A DNA stretch of 64,000 nucleotides from an uncultured Candidatus Rokubacteria bacterium (lineage in GTDB: Bacteria; Methylomirabilota; Methylomirabilia; Rokubacteriales; CSP1-6). Location of the stretch: assembly GCA_963771355.1 (NCBI GenBank), contig CAVYTA010000006.1, positions 2,496,001 through 2,560,000 of the forward strand, in the 5' to 3' direction. Within the stretch, counting starts at the first letter, position 1; each line of letters begins with the position of its first letter. This document shows positions 8,623-18,481 of this stretch, piece by piece. The notes beneath the pieces are model-generated. The model saw only the letters and a list, made by a program, of their open reading frames with translations, was not told where the DNA came from and made no database searches. The position numbers were made by a program, and so were the translations under genes.

Positions 8623-8859
8623 ATGGCAAAGAAGAAGACGGTCAAGCGCGCAGCGAAGAAGGTTTCGGCGAAGAAGGCCTCGGCGAAGAAGGTCTCGGCC
8701 AAGAAGGTCGCCGCCAAGAAGCCGGCGGCGAAGAAGGCCCCCGCCAAGGCCCAGGCGGCCAAGCCGGCCAGGATGGCGCCGGCCACCCCGGCCCCGACCC
8801 CGTATACGCCCCAGCCCATCTCGGGCATCGGCTGGGCCCCCTTCCGCTACCCCTCGTAG
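8623..8859 (+). CDS. histone H1-like Lys/Ala-rich protein
   Basis: AKK pentapeptide repeats plus Pro/aromatic tail; codon usage fits neighbours. Confidence 0.8.
   Translation: MAKKKTVKRAAKKVSAKKASAKKVSAKKVAAKKPAAKKAPAKAQAAKPARMAPATPAPTPYTPQPISGIGWAPFRYPS
8653..8742 (+). repeat. six imperfect 15-bp coding tandem repeats (AKKxx)
   Basis: gcgaagaaggtttcg / gcgaagaaggcctcg / gcgaagaaggtctcg ... Confidence 0.85.
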
Positions 8860-8867
8860 CCCGCGGC

Positions 8868-9671
8868 GTGCCGAACCCGCTCGCGCTCCATACGTGGACG
8901 CTGGACTCCACGCCGCTCCTGGAGGCGCTGGCGGTGGCCAAGCGCACCGGCTGGGACGCGGTGGAGCTGCGCCGCATCGACTTCATCCGCGCGCGCGAGG
9001 CGGGCAAGACCGATGCGGACGTGTGGAGCTGGGTCAAGGCCTCTGGGCTGACGGTGGCCTGCGTGGGCGTGGAGATGGGTTGGCTGCACGCGGAAGGCTC
9101 AGAGCGGGCGCGGCTCCTCGGGGTATTCGCAGAATCGTGCGCCACGGCCAAGGCCTTCGGCTGTCCGCGCGTGATGAGCGCGGTGGGCCCCGGGCAGGGC
9201 GAGCTGGCCGCCTCCGCCGCCACCGTCCGCGAGGCCGCGGGCATCGCCCAGGCGCTGGGGGTGCGGCTGGCCTTCGAGTTCGCCTATAGCGCCGCCCAGC
9301 TCAACACGCTCGCACGCATGCGCGAGCTGCTGGCGCGAGCGGGGCATCCGGGCGCGGGGCTCCTGCTGGACACCTACCACATCGTGCGTAGCGGGGGCAG
9401 CGCGCGGGATGTCGAGGACGTGGCGCCGTCGGAGATCGTCTACGTGCAGTTCAGTGACGTGCCCAAGGGCGCGCTGGATCCCAAGCAGGCGCTGAACCGG
9501 CTCCCGCCCGGCCAGGGTGTGGTGCCCTTCCGCGAGCTCTTCGGAGCCTTCGTGGCCAAGGGCTACACGGGTCCCTTCAGCTATGAGGCGCCCAATCCCG
9601 CGGCCTGGGCGCGGCCCGCAGACGACGTGGCGCGCGAGGCCCTCGCCGCCAGCCGCGCCGTGCTCGCCTAG
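8868..9671 (+). CDS. sugar-phosphate isomerase/epimerase (TIM barrel)
   Basis: LAFEF, LLLDTYH, VQFSD, RLPPGQG, SYE metal motifs. Confidence 0.85.
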   Translation: MPNPLALHTWTLDSTPLLEALAVAKRTGWDAVELRRIDFIRAREAGKTDADVWSWVKASGLTVACVGVEMGWLHAEGSERARLLGVFAESCATAKAFGCPRVMSAVGPGQGELAASAATVREAAGIAQALGVRLAFEFAYSAAQLNTLARMRELLARAGHPGAGLLLDTYHIVRSGGSARDVEDVAPSEIVYVQFSDVPKGALDPKQALNRLPPGQGVVPFRELFGAFVAKGYTGPFSYEAPNPAAWARPADDVAREALAASRAVLA

Positions 9672-9763
9672 AGCCTCGCGGAAAAACCTGCCGAGCCGAG
9701 CCGCATCCGATCACGTTGCCTTCATTCTTGTGAACGCGAACCCCCTCTAGTACACTCGCCCGC

Positions 9764-10999
9764 ATGCGTGGGCCGAGGCTCCGCAGGCCAGTGGCACGCT
9801 GCCTCGCGATTGTGTTCTGCGCGGGGGTCCTCGGCGGCACTGCTGGCGTCGCGCTGGCCCGCGACGGCGACGAGCTCCGCGGCTACCTGAGCATCCGCGG
9901 GTTTGGCTCGAATCCGGGGACAGAAGTCCACGATTTCTGGGGCGCCGCGCTGGGCGCGAACTTCAATCGCTATCTCGGGGCCGAGCTGTCCGCCGAAGTG
10001 TTCGAGCGCCGGCTCCACGTCGACGGCTTCGACTCGGTGGGCGAGTACGGCATCACGGCTCTGGTGCCCCAGATCCGCCTGCGCTATCCCCTCTTCGGGG
10101 GCCGGCTGACCCCCTATGTCGTGGCGGGCGCGGGGGTCGCCCTCGGCGAGTTCAACGATCGAAAGGCCGGCACTTTCGGCAAGTCCGTGGACGTGGAGAG
10201 CACCATGGCCGTCGGCACGCTGGGCGGCGGGCTCGAGTACTTCATCGCCGATACCGTGGCGGTCGGCGTCGAGGTCAAGTACCTGTTCGCCGGCAGCCAG
10301 GATATCCGCATCGACGGCATATCGCATTCGAATTCGATCGATTCTCTCTTCGCGTCGTTCGGACTCCGGCTGTTCTACCCCGAACGCCCGACGGCACCGC
10401 CGCTCGAGGCGCAGGGGGGTCCGCCACGGCGCCTGTACCTCGTCCTGCACCTGGGAGGCGCGATCGTCACCGACCCGCACATCTCGTCCGAGCTCGAGAG
10501 CCGGCCGGAGCCGCCCGCGATCGGCCCGCTGAACCAGTACTTCGGCGGCGCGTTCGGTCTCGATATCGGCCGGTATTTCGGGGTCGAGCTCGGGTTCGAG
10601 GGGTACGAGACGAACCTGGAGCTGGAGGGCGTCGGCAGCGTGAGCGAGTACGCGGTGTACATGGCCGTGCCGCAGGCGCGGTTCCGCTATCCGCTCCTCG
10701 GCGGGCGGCTCGTCCCCTACCTGCTCGCGGGCGTCGGGGCGGCCAGCGGCGAGATCAATGACCGCAAACCGAAGGGCGAGGGAGTGCAGATCCGCGGGAC
10801 AGGCGGGATCGGCCTGGCGGCAACTGTCGGCGGCGGGCTCGAGTACCTGTTGACCCGGAACGTGGCGCTCGGGGTGGAGAGCAAGTACCTCTACACGCAC
10901 GGGCTCACGCTCAAGCTCGCCGGCGGTACGACACACGACGCCAATCTGGGCACGGTGCTCGTCTCGCTCGGGCTCCGCGTCTATCTCGCCGATTTCTAG
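9764..10999 (+). CDS. outer-membrane protein with two tandem beta-barrel domains
   Basis: Signal peptide; internal duplication (PQIRLRYPLFGGRLTPY vs PQARFRYPLLGGRLVPY); C-terminal Phe. Confidence 0.75.
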   Translation: MRGPRLRRPVARCLAIVFCAGVLGGTAGVALARDGDELRGYLSIRGFGSNPGTEVHDFWGAALGANFNRYLGAELSAEVFERRLHVDGFDSVGEYGITALVPQIRLRYPLFGGRLTPYVVAGAGVALGEFNDRKAGTFGKSVDVESTMAVGTLGGGLEYFIADTVAVGVEVKYLFAGSQDIRIDGISHSNSIDSLFASFGLRLFYPERPTAPPLEAQGGPPRRLYLVLHLGGAIVTDPHISSELESRPEPPAIGPLNQYFGGAFGLDIGRYFGVELGFEGYETNLELEGVGSVSEYAVYMAVPQARFRYPLLGGRLVPYLLAGVGAASGEINDRKPKGEGVQIRGTGGIGLAATVGGGLEYLLTRNVALGVESKYLYTHGLTLKLAGGTTHDANLGTVLVSLGLRVYLADF

Positions 11000-11052
11000 C
11001 CCGTCCCGCGGGAACCCCTCCGCATGAAGCGCGCGACCCCGGACCGGCTCGG

Positions 11053-12303
11053 GTGCTGAGCCGTCGCGCTCTCCTCGCGGGGGCAGGCGCGACGGCGCTC
11101 GCCGCGCTGGGCGGCGGGCAGCGGCGGGCGGAGGCAGCGCCTCTCCTCGACGACGGGTTGCGCAATCCGTGCCTCGACAGCCGGCTGCCGGAGCGCCTCG
11201 CCCGGCACGAGATCGTTCGAGCGGCCTGGGAAGGCATCGATCCCGCCCGCGTCTGGGACGTGCACGTCCACCTCGTGGGTGACGGCGACTCCGGGCAGGG
11301 GCCGTGGCTTCCCGCGGAGGCGCGGAGTCTCCGGCATCCCGTCGCCTACATCCGGCGGTTGACGCTGATGAACGCCGGGTGCGTGAACCCTCAGGCGGTG
11401 GACCGGAGCTACGTCGATCGTCTGCTCGCGCTTGTCGAGGTGTTCCCGCCGGGCGCCCGGTGCCTGCTGCTCGCCTTCGACTACCACCACGACGCCGACG
11501 GGCGCGCGGTGCCCACGCGCTCGTCGTTCCACGTGCCCGATCAGTACGCCGCCGGGGTGGCGGAGCGCTTTCCGCATCGCTTCGAGTGGGCGGCGAGCAT
11601 TCACCCCTACCGCCGGGATGCGGTGGCAGCCCTGGAAGCGGCGCGGGGCCGGGGAGCGCGGGCGGTGAAGTGGCTGCCCAATTCCATGGGCATCGACCCC
11701 GCCGCTCCGCGCTGCGACGACTTCTATGCGGCGCTCGCGCGGACCGGCACGCCGCTCCTCACCCACGCCGGCCACGAAGGCACCGTCGACGCCGGGGCGG
11801 GCGGGCAGGACCTCGGCAATCCGCTGCGGCTCCGCCGGGCCCTGGACCACGGCGTGCGCGTGATCGTCGCCCACTGCGCTTCGGTGGGGAAGGGTGTGGA
11901 TCTCGACGTGGGGCCGAACGGCCCGCGGGTCGGCAACTTCAGCCTCTTCGCCCGACTCATGGAGGACCCGCGCTACGCGCGGCTCCTGCACGGCGACATC
12001 TCCGCGCTGGTGCAGCGCGACCGCGCCGCCGTCGCTCTTGCCGCCCTCCTGACCCGCGCTGACTGGCACGGTCGCCTCCTCTGGGGCTCCGACTATCCCT
12101 TGCCAGGGGTCATGCCACTGATCAACGTGCACGCCATCGCCGGTCTGGGTCTCCTCGACCCGCGCGAGGTGCCGGTGATCGTGGAGATCCGCCGACACAA
12201 TCCGATCCTTTTCGACTTTGTGCTGAAGCGGCGGCTGGCCGCGGACGGGCGGCGCTTCGCCCCCGGGGTCTTCGAGACGCGTGAATACTTCGTGGCGGCC
12301 TGA
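11053..12303 (+). CDS. amidohydrolase-family protein with Tat signal
   Basis: SRRALL leader; DVHVH, THAG, VAHCA, WGSDYP. Confidence 0.85.
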   Translation: MLSRRALLAGAGATALAALGGGQRRAEAAPLLDDGLRNPCLDSRLPERLARHEIVRAAWEGIDPARVWDVHVHLVGDGDSGQGPWLPAEARSLRHPVAYIRRLTLMNAGCVNPQAVDRSYVDRLLALVEVFPPGARCLLLAFDYHHDADGRAVPTRSSFHVPDQYAAGVAERFPHRFEWAASIHPYRRDAVAALEAARGRGARAVKWLPNSMGIDPAAPRCDDFYAALARTGTPLLTHAGHEGTVDAGAGGQDLGNPLRLRRALDHGVRVIVAHCASVGKGVDLDVGPNGPRVGNFSLFARLMEDPRYARLLHGDISALVQRDRAAVALAALLTRADWHGRLLWGSDYPLPGVMPLINVHAIAGLGLLDPREVPVIVEIRRHNPILFDFVLKRRLAADGRRFAPGVFETREYFVAA

Positions 12304-12321
12304 GCCGCACAGGGGGCGGAC

Positions 12322-13431
12322 GTGAGGACGAGAGCGACGGTGGGTGCAATGCTGGGCGCGATGCTGCTCCTCATCGGCGGAGTCGGCGGCGTGGACGCGG
12401 TACCCACCGACGATGCGTACGTGGCCGGCTATGCCACGGCCATCCTGGAGCGCGAGTTTCGCGTTTCGGTGCCGTCCCTGGTGGTGCGCGACGGGGTGAT
12501 CACCTTCGCCGCCGGCGATCTGGCGGGCGCGGACCGGCTCGCGGTGGAGGCCTCTCTGGGACGCATCCGCGGAGTGCGGCGCGTGATCGCACTGAGCGCG
12601 CCCGCCGCCGCGGCCTCGAGCGCCGAGCCAGCCGGGGGAACGTCGGTGGCGGCGGTCACCGAGGCGTCAAGCTTCGAGGTGCTGCCCGCCGGTCTTCTCT
12701 TCCGCCCGCTCATCGCCGATCCACGCTGGCCGGCCTTCGGCACCACGGTCCGCCACTACTTCGACGACCAGCGGTGGACCTCCGTCGCCGCGGTGGCGCT
12801 CGGCGACATGTTGCCGATCGTGCGCGGGCGGATCGGCGAGAGCCTCCAGTGGGAGGCGGGGCTCTTCGCGGCCGTGTGGGGGCTCTTCGACATGGACACG
12901 GAGTCGGGGGACCTCATCAGCATGGACTACGTGGTGGGCGGGTTCGGGAGCCTCCGCCAGGGCCCGTGGTCCGGTATCGCGCGCGTCTTACACCGCAGCA
13001 CGCACCTCGGCGACGAGGAAGTCATAAACCGTGGCACCACCCGGGTGAACTTCAGCTACGAGAGCGCGGACGCCCGCGTCGCCTACGAGCCGTTCGAGTG
13101 GCTTCGCGTCTACGGGGGCGGCGGGTACGTTCTCCGCGTCGAGCCGAAGAACTACGCGCCCTGGAGTCTCACCCTGGGCGGCGAGCTCCGCAGCACCTGG
13201 ACCCTGCCGGGACGTCTGCGGCCGATATTCGGCGTGGACGTCCAGTCGCGCGAGGAGCATAACTGGGAGCCTCAGCTCTCCGTCCGCGCCGGCCTCGAGC
13301 TGGAAAGTGTCGCCGTGCTGGGCCGGCGGATCCAGCTCCTCATCGAGTACTTCAACGGGCACTCGATGGACGGTCAGTTCTACACGCGCGACGTCGAATA
13401 CCTCGGGCTCGGCGTGCACTTCAAGTTCTGA
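12322..13431 (+). CDS. DUF1207-like protein, probable outer-membrane barrel
   Basis: LFRPLIADPRWP, HRSTHLGDE, EYFNGHS..GQF; C-terminal Phe. Confidence 0.75.
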   Translation: MRTRATVGAMLGAMLLLIGGVGGVDAVPTDDAYVAGYATAILEREFRVSVPSLVVRDGVITFAAGDLAGADRLAVEASLGRIRGVRRVIALSAPAAAASSAEPAGGTSVAAVTEASSFEVLPAGLLFRPLIADPRWPAFGTTVRHYFDDQRWTSVAAVALGDMLPIVRGRIGESLQWEAGLFAAVWGLFDMDTESGDLISMDYVVGGFGSLRQGPWSGIARVLHRSTHLGDEEVINRGTTRVNFSYESADARVAYEPFEWLRVYGGGGYVLRVEPKNYAPWSLTLGGELRSTWTLPGRLRPIFGVDVQSREEHNWEPQLSVRAGLELESVAVLGRRIQLLIEYFNGHSMDGQFYTRDVEYLGLGVHFKF

Positions 13432-13468
13432 GTCGCCGGCGCCGCGCGCTCCCGGCGGGTCACCGCCT

Positions 13469-14554
13469 CTACCGGGGGACCATGCCCGTGAAGCGGGGCA
13501 TGACCTCCTTGGCGAGCAGCTCCATCGAGTGGTGCCAGGCCTTGGGATTCTCGCTGTAGTCGAAGCAGAACACGAGCAGGGTGCCGAAGCCGCCCACTTC
13601 CTCGTAGAGGCGGTTGAGCTTGTCCGACACGGTGGCCGGCGATCCGATGAGCCAGTTGTGCTTGGCGCAGTACTCGGGGGTCACGTCGGAGTCGGGCACC
13701 GCCGGATCGTGCTTCAGGTACTCCGTGAAGCCGAAGGCGGCCAGCAGCGGCAGGAAGTACTCGGTCATCATGCGGCCCATCATGCCGCCCGCCGAGAGGC
13801 GCAGCGCCTCCGCATCGGTATCGGCCACGAAGACCTCGCGGACCATCCGCCAGTCCGAACGCTTGGGGGTGCGCTTGCTCCGCGCCGCGCCCTCCTCCAC
13901 CGCGTCCCAGTGGCTCGACACGTACCCCGGGTTCAGGTTGAGGCTCATCGGCCAGAACCCGCGCTCGCCCGCCAGCTTGAGCGTGTCCGAGCCCTTGCTG
14001 AGCCCGGCGACGCCAATCGGCGGGTGCGGCTTCTGGAAGGGAAAGATGTGCGGCCGGAGCGTGCCGAACATCGTGCCGGTCTTGGTGACGTGCCAGAACT
14101 TCCCCTTGTAGTCGAACTCGGGCTCGTCGCTCCAGAGGCGCAGGATGATGTCGAGCGCCTCGCGCGTCATCTCCCGGTTCTGCCCCGACATGCCGTCCAC
14201 GTTGAACAGCGACCAGTCGCTCGGCAGCCCGCTGGCGGCCACCCCGAAGTTGAGCCGACCCTGGGCGAGATGGTCGAGCATGGCCACCCGATTGGCCAGC
14301 TCGGCCGGGTGGTGGTACGGCATCAGGAAGCCGCCGGGCCCGATGCGCATGCGCTTGGTCTGCATCAGCGCCTGGGCCACCAGCAGGTCCGGCGAGGGAT
14401 GCGGCTCCCAGGGCGCGGTGTGGTGCTCGCCGATCCAGGCCTCGCTGAAGCCCAGCTCGTCCGCCCAGCGGAGCTGCTGGAGATCCCACTGGTGCCCGTC
14501 GAAGAGCTTCCGCTCCGGCGGGTGTGAGGGCATGGTGAAGAGACCATAGTCCAT
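13469..14554 (-). CDS. LLM-class flavin-dependent monooxygenase
   Basis: ADELGFSEAWIGEHH, YHHPAELANRVAMLDHL. Confidence 0.9.
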   Translation of the reverse strand: MDYGLFTMPSHPPERKLFDGHQWDLQQLRWADELGFSEAWIGEHHTAPWEPHPSPDLLVAQALMQTKRMRIGPGGFLMPYHHPAELANRVAMLDHLAQGRLNFGVAASGLPSDWSLFNVDGMSGQNREMTREALDIILRLWSDEPEFDYKGKFWHVTKTGTMFGTLRPHIFPFQKPHPPIGVAGLSKGSDTLKLAGERGFWPMSLNLNPGYVSSHWDAVEEGAARSKRTPKRSDWRMVREVFVADTDAEALRLSAGGMMGRMMTEYFLPLLAAFGFTEYLKHDPAVPDSDVTPEYCAKHNWLIGSPATVSDKLNRLYEEVGGFGTLLVFCFDYSENPKAWHHSMELLAKEVMPRFTGMVPR

Positions 14555-14599
14555 GGCGTGCCTCCTCGTGCTCAGGGAAAGCGCGGCCGCCGTCGCTTG

Positions 14600-14953
14600 C
14601 TAGCGCGCGGCCAGCAGCTCCACCTCGAAGATCAGGGTCGCGCCGGGCGGAATGACGCCGCCGGCGCCCCGGTCGCCATAGCCCAGCGCGGCCGGAATGA
14701 TGAGCTTCCGCTTCCCTCCCACCTTCATGGTCCCCACGCCCTCGTCCCAGCCCTTGATGACCTGGCCGCGCCCGATAGGAAACTCCAGCGGCTGGCCGCG
14801 ATCCACCGAGGAGTCGAACTTCTTGCCGCTCTCGAGCCAGCCGGTATAGTGCACGCTGACCGTCTGACCCGGCGTGGGGGTGGCGCCTTTGCCCTCGGCC
14901 AGCTCGACATAGCCGAGCCCGGAGGCGGTGCGAATGACGTTCTCGTCGGCCAC
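14600..14953 (-). CDS. FKBP-type peptidyl-prolyl isomerase
   Basis: [30 protein letters not shown]. Confidence 0.95.
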   Translation of the reverse strand: MADENVIRTASGLGYVELAEGKGATPTPGQTVSVHYTGWLESGKKFDSSVDRGQPLEFPIGRGQVIKGWDEGVGTMKVGGKRKLIIPAALGYGDRGAGGVIPPGATLIFEVELLAAR

Positions 14954-14967
14954 GGCAGCTGCCCCCC

Positions 14968-15294
14968 CTACTGCATCGGCGAGTAGACGGTGGGCTTGAG
15001 AATCTGCGCCGTGAGGCGGGCGACCAGCGGGCCGTTCTTCTCGGTCTCCGCGAACTTGGCCAGACGCTCCTTGTCGGTGAAGAACCCCGCCCACTTCTTC
15101 TCCCGGTCGGCCAGGCTGTCGTAGGCGAGGATGTAGAGGAGCTGGTCGGACGAGCCGCCGAGCTCATTGGTCCAGAAGCCGACGACCTGGATATTGTGCT
15201 TCTTGAAGAAGTCCATGGTGATCTCGGCAAAGCGGCGGTTGAGGTCAGGCAGACGGCCCGGCATGGCATGATAGGTGCGGAGCTCGTAGATCAT
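14968..15294 (-). CDS. NIPSNAP-family protein
   Basis: MIYELRTY ... LKPTVYSP. Confidence 0.9.
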   Translation of the reverse strand: MIYELRTYHAMPGRLPDLNRRFAEITMDFFKKHNIQVVGFWTNELGGSSDQLLYILAYDSLADREKKWAGFFTDKERLAKFAETEKNGPLVARLTAQILKPTVYSPMQ

Positions 15295-15371
15295 GGCTGG
15301 CGGCGCCTCCATTGGCGTGGGCCCCGGCGCGGGGCCCGGCGTGGGTTGGTGAAGCGAGCGATCACCGGGCG

Positions 15372-15400
15372 ACTCTAGGCGCGCGTCTGACCGCTGTCAA
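15372..15400 (-). promoter_or_regulatory. sigma70 promoter for the NIPSNAP-FKBP-LLM genes
   Basis: TTGACA-N17-TAGAGT. Confidence 0.7.
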
Positions 15401-15444
15401 GGCGCCGGTTGCCACCTCGCTTCAGACGCAGTATTGTTCCGCGC

Positions 15445-16482
15445 ATGACGCCACCCCGATACGTGACCCTGCCGGAGATCCGCGAGGCCGCCCGCCAGAA
15501 GCTTCCCCGGGATGCGTGGAATTTTGGCGACGGCGCCGCCGAGACCGAGACCACGCTGCGCCGGAACCGCGAGCACCTGGACCGGCTGGCCATCCGCCAG
15601 TCGGTGCTGGTGGACGTGCGCAAGATCGATCTCTCCACCACCTTCCTGGGCAAGCCGCTGACCTGGCCGGTAGCGGTGGCGCCCATGGGCGGGCTCATCC
15701 TCTTCCACCCCGAGGGCGACTGCGAGATGGCGCGCGGCTGCGCGCAGGGCGATACGCTGCAGTTCCTCTCCGGCGCCACCGGCTGGCCGGTGGAGGACGT
15801 GGCGCGGGCGGCGGCGGGGCCGAAGGCGTTCCAGCTCTATCACCACGGGGATCGCGGGTGGGTGGGCGAGCTCATGCAGCGGGTGGAGGCCTCGGGCTAC
15901 AACTCGGTGACCTTGACGGTGGACGTGCAGTGGTACGGGCGCCGCGAGCGCGACATCTTCAACCGCTTCGTGCCGCGCGAGGCCATGTCCAAGGCCCCCA
16001 ACCCGCGGGGGCCGGACCAGACCTACCAGGCGCGCCTCACCTGGGACGACGTGGAGTGGCTGCGGAAGACCGTCCGCCTGCCCATCGGGGTGAAGGGCAT
16101 CATGACGCCCGACGACGCGCGGCGCGCGGTCGAGCGCGGGGTGGAGATCATCTGGGTGTCGAACCACGGGGGCCGGCAGCTCGACCACACGCAGAGCACC
16201 ATCGACGCCCTGCCGCCCATCGTGGATGCAGTGGCGGGGGCGGCCACCGTGATGGTGGACGGCGGCTTCTGCCGTGGCACCGACGTGGCCAAGGCCCTCG
16301 CGCGCGGCGCCAGCCTCGTGGCCATCGGCCGCACCGCGCTCTGGGGCCTCGCCGCCGACGGCGCCGCCGGCGTCGCGCGCGTGATGGAGATTCTCCGGGA
16401 GGAGCTCTCCACCACCCTCGCGCTGTCCGGTCAGACGAGCGTCAAGGGCCTCAAATCAGACTACGTGTTCCGGGTCGACTGA
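15445..16482 (+). CDS. FMN-dependent alpha-hydroxy-acid oxidase/dehydrogenase
   Basis: FQLY, LTVD, VKGI, SNHGGRQLD, DGG, IGR. Confidence 0.92.
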   Translation: MTPPRYVTLPEIREAARQKLPRDAWNFGDGAAETETTLRRNREHLDRLAIRQSVLVDVRKIDLSTTFLGKPLTWPVAVAPMGGLILFHPEGDCEMARGCAQGDTLQFLSGATGWPVEDVARAAAGPKAFQLYHHGDRGWVGELMQRVEASGYNSVTLTVDVQWYGRRERDIFNRFVPREAMSKAPNPRGPDQTYQARLTWDDVEWLRKTVRLPIGVKGIMTPDDARRAVERGVEIIWVSNHGGRQLDHTQSTIDALPPIVDAVAGAATVMVDGGFCRGTDVAKALARGASLVAIGRTALWGLAADGAAGVARVMEILREELSTTLALSGQTSVKGLKSDYVFRVD

Positions 16483-16517
16483 CACGCGGTGTCGACTGAC
16501 TCCCGCCGTCGATCGAG

Positions 16518-16655
16518 CTACTTCGTCACCTTGTCCACGGCCTTATCGACCTTCTCCCCGGCCTTCTCCATGGGGCCCTTCTCGCACCCCACGACCCCGA
16601 GCGCCGTCACCAGTGTGACCACGGTCGCGAGCGCGCGCACCCGGGGCAGCCTCAT
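16518..16655 (-). CDS. small lipoprotein (45 aa)
   Basis: Hydrophobic leader with VVG-C lipobox, then EKGPMEKAGEKVDKAV; TAATG coupling. Confidence 0.75.
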   Translation of the reverse strand: MRLPRVRALATVVTLVTALGVVGCEKGPMEKAGEKVDKAVDKVTK

Positions 16656-16729
16656 TACCTGAGCCCGAGGAAGCCGAGGATCGCGACGATCACCACGACG
16701 ACGCCGATGATGTAGAAGATATTGCTCAT
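16655..16729 (-). CDS. 24-aa single-pass membrane peptide
   Basis: AGGAGG 8 nt before ATG; MSNIFYIIGVVVVIVAILGFLGLR. Confidence 0.75.
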   Translation of the reverse strand: MSNIFYIIGVVVVIVAILGFLGLR

Positions 16730-16756
16730 GGCTGTGTCCTCCTGACGGGGGGCTAC

Positions 16757-16772
16757 TGCAACTCGCGTTCCG
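16757..16772 (-). promoter_or_regulatory. sigma54 -24/-12 promoter
   Basis: CGGAAC-GCGAG-TTGCA (GG-N10-GC) just upstream of the RBS. Confidence 0.6.
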
Positions 16773-16892
16773 GGAGCGGGCGGGCAGGCCGAGCACGGAA
16801 CTGGCCGACTTTTCAGCACTCTTCTCGAGCCCGTGGTTTCCCGCCTGATCGCGACCGAGTAAGAATGGGCCGGTGAGAAGTATCGGCGCGGC

Positions 16893-17783
16893 TCAGCGGC
16901 CCGTTTCCCGCTGCTCCAGCGCGGTGTGGACGACGAGCGCGGCCAGGATGATGGCGCCGCCGACCAGGGCTGCGGGCGCGGGCGTTTCCCCGAGGGCCAG
17001 CCACACCCACACCGGGCCGAGCACGCTCTCGAGCACGGCGATGAGCGAAGCGTCCGCGACGGGGATGAGACGCGCCCCCGCCGTGAAGAGCACGAGGCCG
17101 AATCCGAGCTGGGCCGCGCCGAAGAGCGCGAGCAGGGCAAGGTCGGCGGGCCCGGCCTCGAGCGGCCTGGCCGGGTGCCACGCGAAGAGGGCGGAGAAGA
17201 CGCTGGCCAGCCCCGCCGCCGCCGTCATCCGCACCTCGCGATGCCGCCGGACGATCACCGTGGCGGCGGCGAAGGCGATGGCGGTGACCAGCGCGAGGAG
17301 GTCGCCGCCGATCGAGCCCGCGCCCCACGAGTGCGAGGCCATCACGGTGGCGCCCGCCAGCGCCGCCGCCATGGCGAGCCAGCTCCGGCGCCGCACGCGC
17401 TCGCCCAGCCACGCCCAGCCCAGGAGCGCCGCGATGAAGGGCGAGGTGCTCTGGATGATGAGAGTGTTCGCCACCGTCGTCCGCGCCAGCGCGTTGATGA
17501 AGCACGTGGAGGCGGTGGCGAAGCAGACCGCCATCGCCACGCCCGGCCAGCCCATGCCCCAACCAATCCGATGGAGCCGCGCCCAGCCCGCGCCGCGCTC
17601 CTGGAAGACGGTGACACCGAGCAGGAACGCGGCCGCGAAGATGGAGCGCCAGAACACCGTGGTCCAGGTGTCGGTGGCCACCAGCCGCGCCAGCAGTCCC
17701 CCCAGGCTCCAGCAGAGGGCCGCCGCCGCGACGAGAACGACGCCGCGCGAGCGCTCAGCCGCCGAGGCGGCCGTAGAGGACAT
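16893..17783 (-). CDS. DMT/EamA-family transporter
   Basis: About 10 hydrophobic segments; LGERV, LESVLGPVWVWLALGE. Confidence 0.9.
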   Translation of the reverse strand: MSSTAASAAERSRGVVLVAAAALCWSLGGLLARLVATDTWTTVFWRSIFAAAFLLGVTVFQERGAGWARLHRIGWGMGWPGVAMAVCFATASTCFINALARTTVANTLIIQSTSPFIAALLGWAWLGERVRRRSWLAMAAALAGATVMASHSWGAGSIGGDLLALVTAIAFAAATVIVRRHREVRMTAAAGLASVFSALFAWHPARPLEAGPADLALLALFGAAQLGFGLVLFTAGARLIPVADASLIAVLESVLGPVWVWLALGETPAPAALVGGAIILAALVVHTALEQRETGR

Positions 17784-18111
17784 GCCGCCGGTTCTTGGTG
17801 TACTGACGCACCTGGCCCGGCCAGCGCCCCTCCTCCACGGCGCGCGCCCACGCGTCGGACACCAGGACCTCGGGGCTCTCGATCTCGTAAAGCGCGCCGT
17901 ACCGTGGCTCGTTCTCGATCACGATCCGCTTGCGCTCGCCGCCGATGGACAGCGTGAGCTCTTCCGTCTTGAAGCGCGCCACCGCGATCACGCCGGGCAC
18001 TTTCAGGAGATTGGGCACGTGCTCGGTGTCGTACACCTCGTTGAAGAGGGCTTCCTTGGCGGGCTCCACGTCCATGGACGCGCTGAAGACATACCGGCTC
18101 TTGATGGGCAT
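17755..18111 (-). CDS. EthD-like dimeric alpha+beta barrel protein
   Basis: FNEVYDTEHVPNLLKVPGV, YGALYE. Confidence 0.65.
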   Translation of the reverse strand: MPIKSRYVFSASMDVEPAKEALFNEVYDTEHVPNLLKVPGVIAVARFKTEELTLSIGGERKRIVIENEPRYGALYEIESPEVLVSDAWARAVEEGRWPGQVRQYTKNRRHVLYGRLGG

Positions 18112-18434
18112 CAGCGGGCTCCTCCGGGTGCGGGGGTGGGGGTCTTGAGCTCGATCTCCACGAAGACGAACTCGAAGGCGTTCGCGTTGCGCACGTCGTG
18201 CTCGGCGCCGGCCGGCCGGTAGTAGGCCTGGCCGATGACGAGATCGCCGCTGGCGTCGCCGGCGGCGGCGGTGAGCGCGAGCCGCCCCGTCGTCATCGGC
18301 ACCACCACGTAGGGATACTCGTGACGGTGATGGCCCGTGGCCGCGCCGGGCGCGAAGCGCCACTCGGTGACACGCACCATCTCGTTGTCCACCTGAACGG
18401 TCGGCACCGCGCGCGGATCGATGGGTTTGGACAT
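18111..18434 (-). CDS. cupin-domain protein
   Basis: TGHHRHEYPYVVV, GAEHDVRN. Confidence 0.88.
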   Translation of the reverse strand: MSKPIDPRAVPTVQVDNEMVRVTEWRFAPGAATGHHRHEYPYVVVPMTTGRLALTAAAGDASGDLVIGQAYYRPAGAEHDVRNANAFEFVFVEIELKTPTPAPGGAR

Positions 18435-18481
18435 GGGCGGAAGCCTAGCACACGCCTGCCGCGCAGGGGTATGCTGCCGCC

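Noticed and set aside
8653..8742. Tandem repeats as a CRISPR array
   Set aside because: No spacers; the repeats are in-frame coding sequence; no cas genes.
16474..16500. GTCGACTGAC direct repeat at a gene end
   Set aside because: Only 7 nt between copies and no element inside; too little to call a target-site duplication.
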